Sequence record: MZ574431.2
DNA: 64,000 bases
Direction: 5' to 3' (one strand)
Below are positions 62,190 to 64,000 of the stretch, one piece after another. The notes under the pieces were generated by a model. It made no database searches, had not been told where the DNA came from, and saw nothing but the letters and a program-made list of their open reading frames with translations. How positions within the stretch are numbered: the stretch's first letter is position 1; each line of letters begins with the position of its first letter. Made by a program: the position numbers and the translations under genes.

Positions 62190-62256
62190 TGCCCCGTCCG
62201 GGTTAACCTTAACGCCGGGCGACTTTCCGTTAACCGAAGAAAATGCAAGAAAGCTG

Positions 62257-62285
62257 TTGACTCGCATCTTCGTTATATGCGAACT
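62257..62285 (+). promoter_or_regulatory. cassette promoter u
   Basis: TTGACT-CGCAT-N9-ATGCGA. Confidence 0.75.
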
Positions 62286-62315
62286 TGACGACATCGGAAA
62301 TCAAGGAACGCCGAC

Positions 62316-62690
62316 ATGGCTAAGACCGAAACCGTCGACCTCGCCCTGGTCATGCTCGATGAGAGCAAGGCCGCCAAGGGCGCCCCGCGCGCCTTCACGT
62401 TCGGCGAAGTCCGCGAGGCCTTCACCGACGCGCACGCCTTGACGTTGCTTCAAGCGCGCTTGCGCCAGATCAACGAAAACGAGTGCAACGGCTATCGCGA
62501 CGAAACCGCCGAACGCCTGGACGCGCGCCGCGAGGAGCGCGCTAAGGCCGCCGTCGCCGAGATCGCCAAGCGCTACGGCCTGACCTTCCATTTCAACGGC
62601 GATCCGCGCGGGTCGGCGCTGAAGCTGAAGACGCCTCACACCGGCCGTTATAACGGCTTTGGCGGCCGTGAGGATGGTTGGGCCGTCTAG
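62316..62690 (+). CDS. hypothetical phage protein
   Basis: FNGDPRGSALKL motif; RBS AAGGA. Confidence 0.85.
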   Translation: MAKTETVDLALVMLDESKAAKGAPRAFTFGEVREAFTDAHALTLLQARLRQINENECNGYRDETAERLDARREERAKAAVAEIAKRYGLTFHFNGDPRGSALKLKTPHTGRYNGFGGREDGWAV

Positions 62691-62758
62691 GCCCAACTTG
62701 ACGCCGCTTCACCCCCTGTAACGCGTCCCCTTCCACCCCTAGGCCTTGGAGACACACA

Positions 62759-62968
62759 ATGGCCCGCACTGCCGATCACACCACCGCCGACCGTACCCGC
62801 GCCCCTCGCGACCTCGCGCCGTGGGAACTCGACGCCGAACGCCGCCGCGCGCGCAAGGCTTCCAAGTCCTGGCGCGCCGAACGCAAGGGCGTGCGCTCGA
62901 TGGGCGACTATGCCCAGGGCGACGACATGCGCACCCTCGCCGATGGGGCCGATTTCTACCCGAACTAG
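62759..62968 (+). CDS. small basic hypothetical protein
   Basis: RBS GGAG. Confidence 0.65.
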   Translation: MARTADHTTADRTRAPRDLAPWELDAERRRARKASKSWRAERKGVRSMGDYAQGDDMRTLADGADFYPN

Positions 62969-63016
62969 GGCGCGCCCTGGCCAGCGAAAAAAAGTGCCGT
63001 CAACGCAAGAAAGGCG

Positions 63017-63044
63017 TTGACGGCATAATCGCCATATGCGACAA
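63017..63044 (+). promoter_or_regulatory. cassette promoter v
   Basis: TTGACG-GCAT-N9-ATGCGACAA. Confidence 0.8.
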
Positions 63045-63070
63045 AGGCTCATCGGCAACGGAGACACGCC

Positions 63071-63265
63071 ATGACCTTCCACCACAACCTGATGAGCAAG
63101 CTGGACGCGGCCCAAATGGCGGGCGAAATGACCTACGCCCAACACGCCGACATGCGCGCCACGCTGCGGGCCTCCAACATGCGCGGTCAAGTCTTCACCT
63201 CGATGGATGAACTGCGCAAGGCCTGCAAGGGCGCCGGTCGCGACTTCCAAGGCCGGTTCGCCTAA
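63071..63265 (+). CDS. 64-aa hypothetical protein (MTFHHNLMSKLDAA...)
   Basis: leader ACGGAGACACGCC-ATG; duplicated at 63957. Confidence 0.8.
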   Translation: MTFHHNLMSKLDAAQMAGEMTYAQHADMRATLRASNMRGQVFTSMDELRKACKGAGRDFQGRFA

Positions 63266-63283
63266 GACCCCCTCCCCTGAGAG

Positions 63284-63310
63284 GCCCGCCCTAGAGGCGG
63301 GCTTTTTCTT
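63284..63310 (+). terminator. rho-independent terminator
   Basis: GCCCGCC-CTAGA-GGCGGGC-TTTTTCTT. Confidence 0.85.
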
Positions 63311-63443
63311 GGCCGTTAGCCTACCGTTAAGGTTAACCCCCAGGCCCTCTGGGGTTAACCCTAACGCCGCGTTAAGGTTAACCCCGGCGGCCCAGGCCTT
63401 AACCATGACAAGGAAAAAAGATCGCTTTCCTGCGAGAAAGCTG

Positions 63444-63471
63444 TTGACCGCATAAAGGCGATATGCGACAA
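63444..63471 (+). promoter_or_regulatory. cassette promoter w
   Basis: TTGACC-GCAT-N9-ATGCGACAA. Confidence 0.8.
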
Positions 63472-63495
63472 AGGGTCATCAACGGAGCAAGTCCA

Positions 63496-63666
63496 ATGTC
63501 CTTCCGCCTCGCCCTTACCGAAGACGCCCGCTTCACCGCCGCCCGTGGCGCGGTCCGCACCGTCCGCGAGCAAGCCCGCCCGGCGCCGCACAAGGACATT
63601 GACGGCAAGGCCCTGCTGGCGCCCGCCTCGGCGCTGGACCGCATCCGCGCCGTTCTCGGGAACTGA
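63496..63666 (+). CDS. 56-aa hypothetical protein (MSFRLAL...)
   Basis: RBS GGAG. Confidence 0.7.
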   Translation: MSFRLALTEDARFTAARGAVRTVREQARPAPHKDIDGKALLAPASALDRIRAVLGN

Positions 63667-63669
63667 GTC

Positions 63670-63861
63670 ATGAAGGTCATCGCGCACTATGCCAACGGCC
63701 TGCAACGGGTCATCCCCTGCGAGACCTCGCAAGAGGCTGTGGCCGCGATCAAGGCGGCTCTGACCTATGATCGCGCCGCCAAGTTCACGCTTGACAAGCG
63801 CCTTGCCTCGGCGATCCCGACCCGCGCCGCCTCCGAACGGGTTTGGCTGTTGAGCGCGTGA
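63670..63861 (+). CDS. 63-aa hypothetical protein
   Basis: coupled to the previous gene. Confidence 0.7.
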   Translation: MKVIAHYANGLQRVIPCETSQEAVAAIKAALTYDRAAKFTLDKRLASAIPTRAASERVWLLSA

Positions 63862-63900
63862 GGGCGATCGAAAAAAGATCGCCTCACCGCAAAAAACCTG

Positions 63901-63929
63901 TTGACTCGCATAAGGCCCCTATGCGATAA
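63901..63929 (+). promoter_or_regulatory. cassette promoter x
   Basis: TTGACT-CGCAT-N9-ATGCGATAA. Confidence 0.8.
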
Positions 63930-63956
63930 AAGGTCATCGGCAACGGAGACACGCCA

Positions 63957-64000
63957 TGACCTTCCACCACACCATGATGAGCAAGCTGGACGCGGCGATG
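63957..64000 (+). CDS. partial CDS, paralogue of 63071..63265
   Basis: MTFHHTMMSKLDAAM with identical leader. Confidence 0.8.

Larger units (their letters stand above)
44246..63382. repeat. 12 dispersed 29-bp palindromes GTTAACC(T/C)TAAC-N5-(G/C/A)TTA(A/G)GGTTAAC
   Basis: starts at 44246, 45484, 47837, 48690, 50418, 52837, 55578, 56534, 57278, 59193, 60756, 63354; variants at 49362, 58207, 61345, 62201. Confidence 0.9.
41000..64000. repeat. probable long terminal repeat region built of expression cassettes
   Basis: follows terL; 24 near-identical promoter modules with small genes; layout known for phiCbK-like phages; exact boundary not determinable. Confidence 0.65.

Noticed and set aside
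61442-63907. GANTC (CcrM) site overlapping -35 in promoters t, u and x as methylation control
   Set aside because: Present in only 3 of 24 promoters as a by-product of TTGACT followed by C; enrichment cannot be shown without counting genome-wide.

Overview
This is a 64-kb, high-GC segment of a lytic jumbo phage genome of the phiCbK-like type. An alphaproteobacterial host (Caulobacter/Brevundimonas-like) is inferred from TTAA-N7-TTAA CtrA-type boxes, sigma70-type promoters and the terS-terL(intein)-then-repeat layout. Nearly all genes are on the + strand, in three zones. (1) 1-28.8 kb: about 65 tightly coupled small accessory ORFs, including an ATP-grasp enzyme, a divergent NadE-like PP-loop ATPase, an ABC-type ATPase, an HNH-RNA ligase fusion, two poly-HTH proteins, a MazG-like protein and three paralogues with twin-arginine signal peptides. 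(2) 28.8-41 kb: winged-helix genes, an AT-rich repeat-bearing intergenic region (origin-like, with a 3x40-bp CRISPR-like array), 12 coupled micro membrane proteins, a RuvC-like resolvase, TerS, TerL with an atypical Pro1 intein, and an HslV/proteasome-beta-like protease. (3) 41-64 kb: a probable long terminal repeat. It opens with stacked repeat arrays and continues as about 24 self-contained expression cassettes (terminator, 29-bp palindrome, promoter with a GCAT-N9-ATGC dyad, 1-5 small genes). Cassette cargo includes an 88-aa acidic protein ending in the SSB tail DDDEIPF, an ArdA-like protein and a candidate structured ncRNA. Four or five apparent frameshifts all fall in C runs and are treated as sequencing errors. 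All family assignments come from motif recognition by eye; no database search was run.
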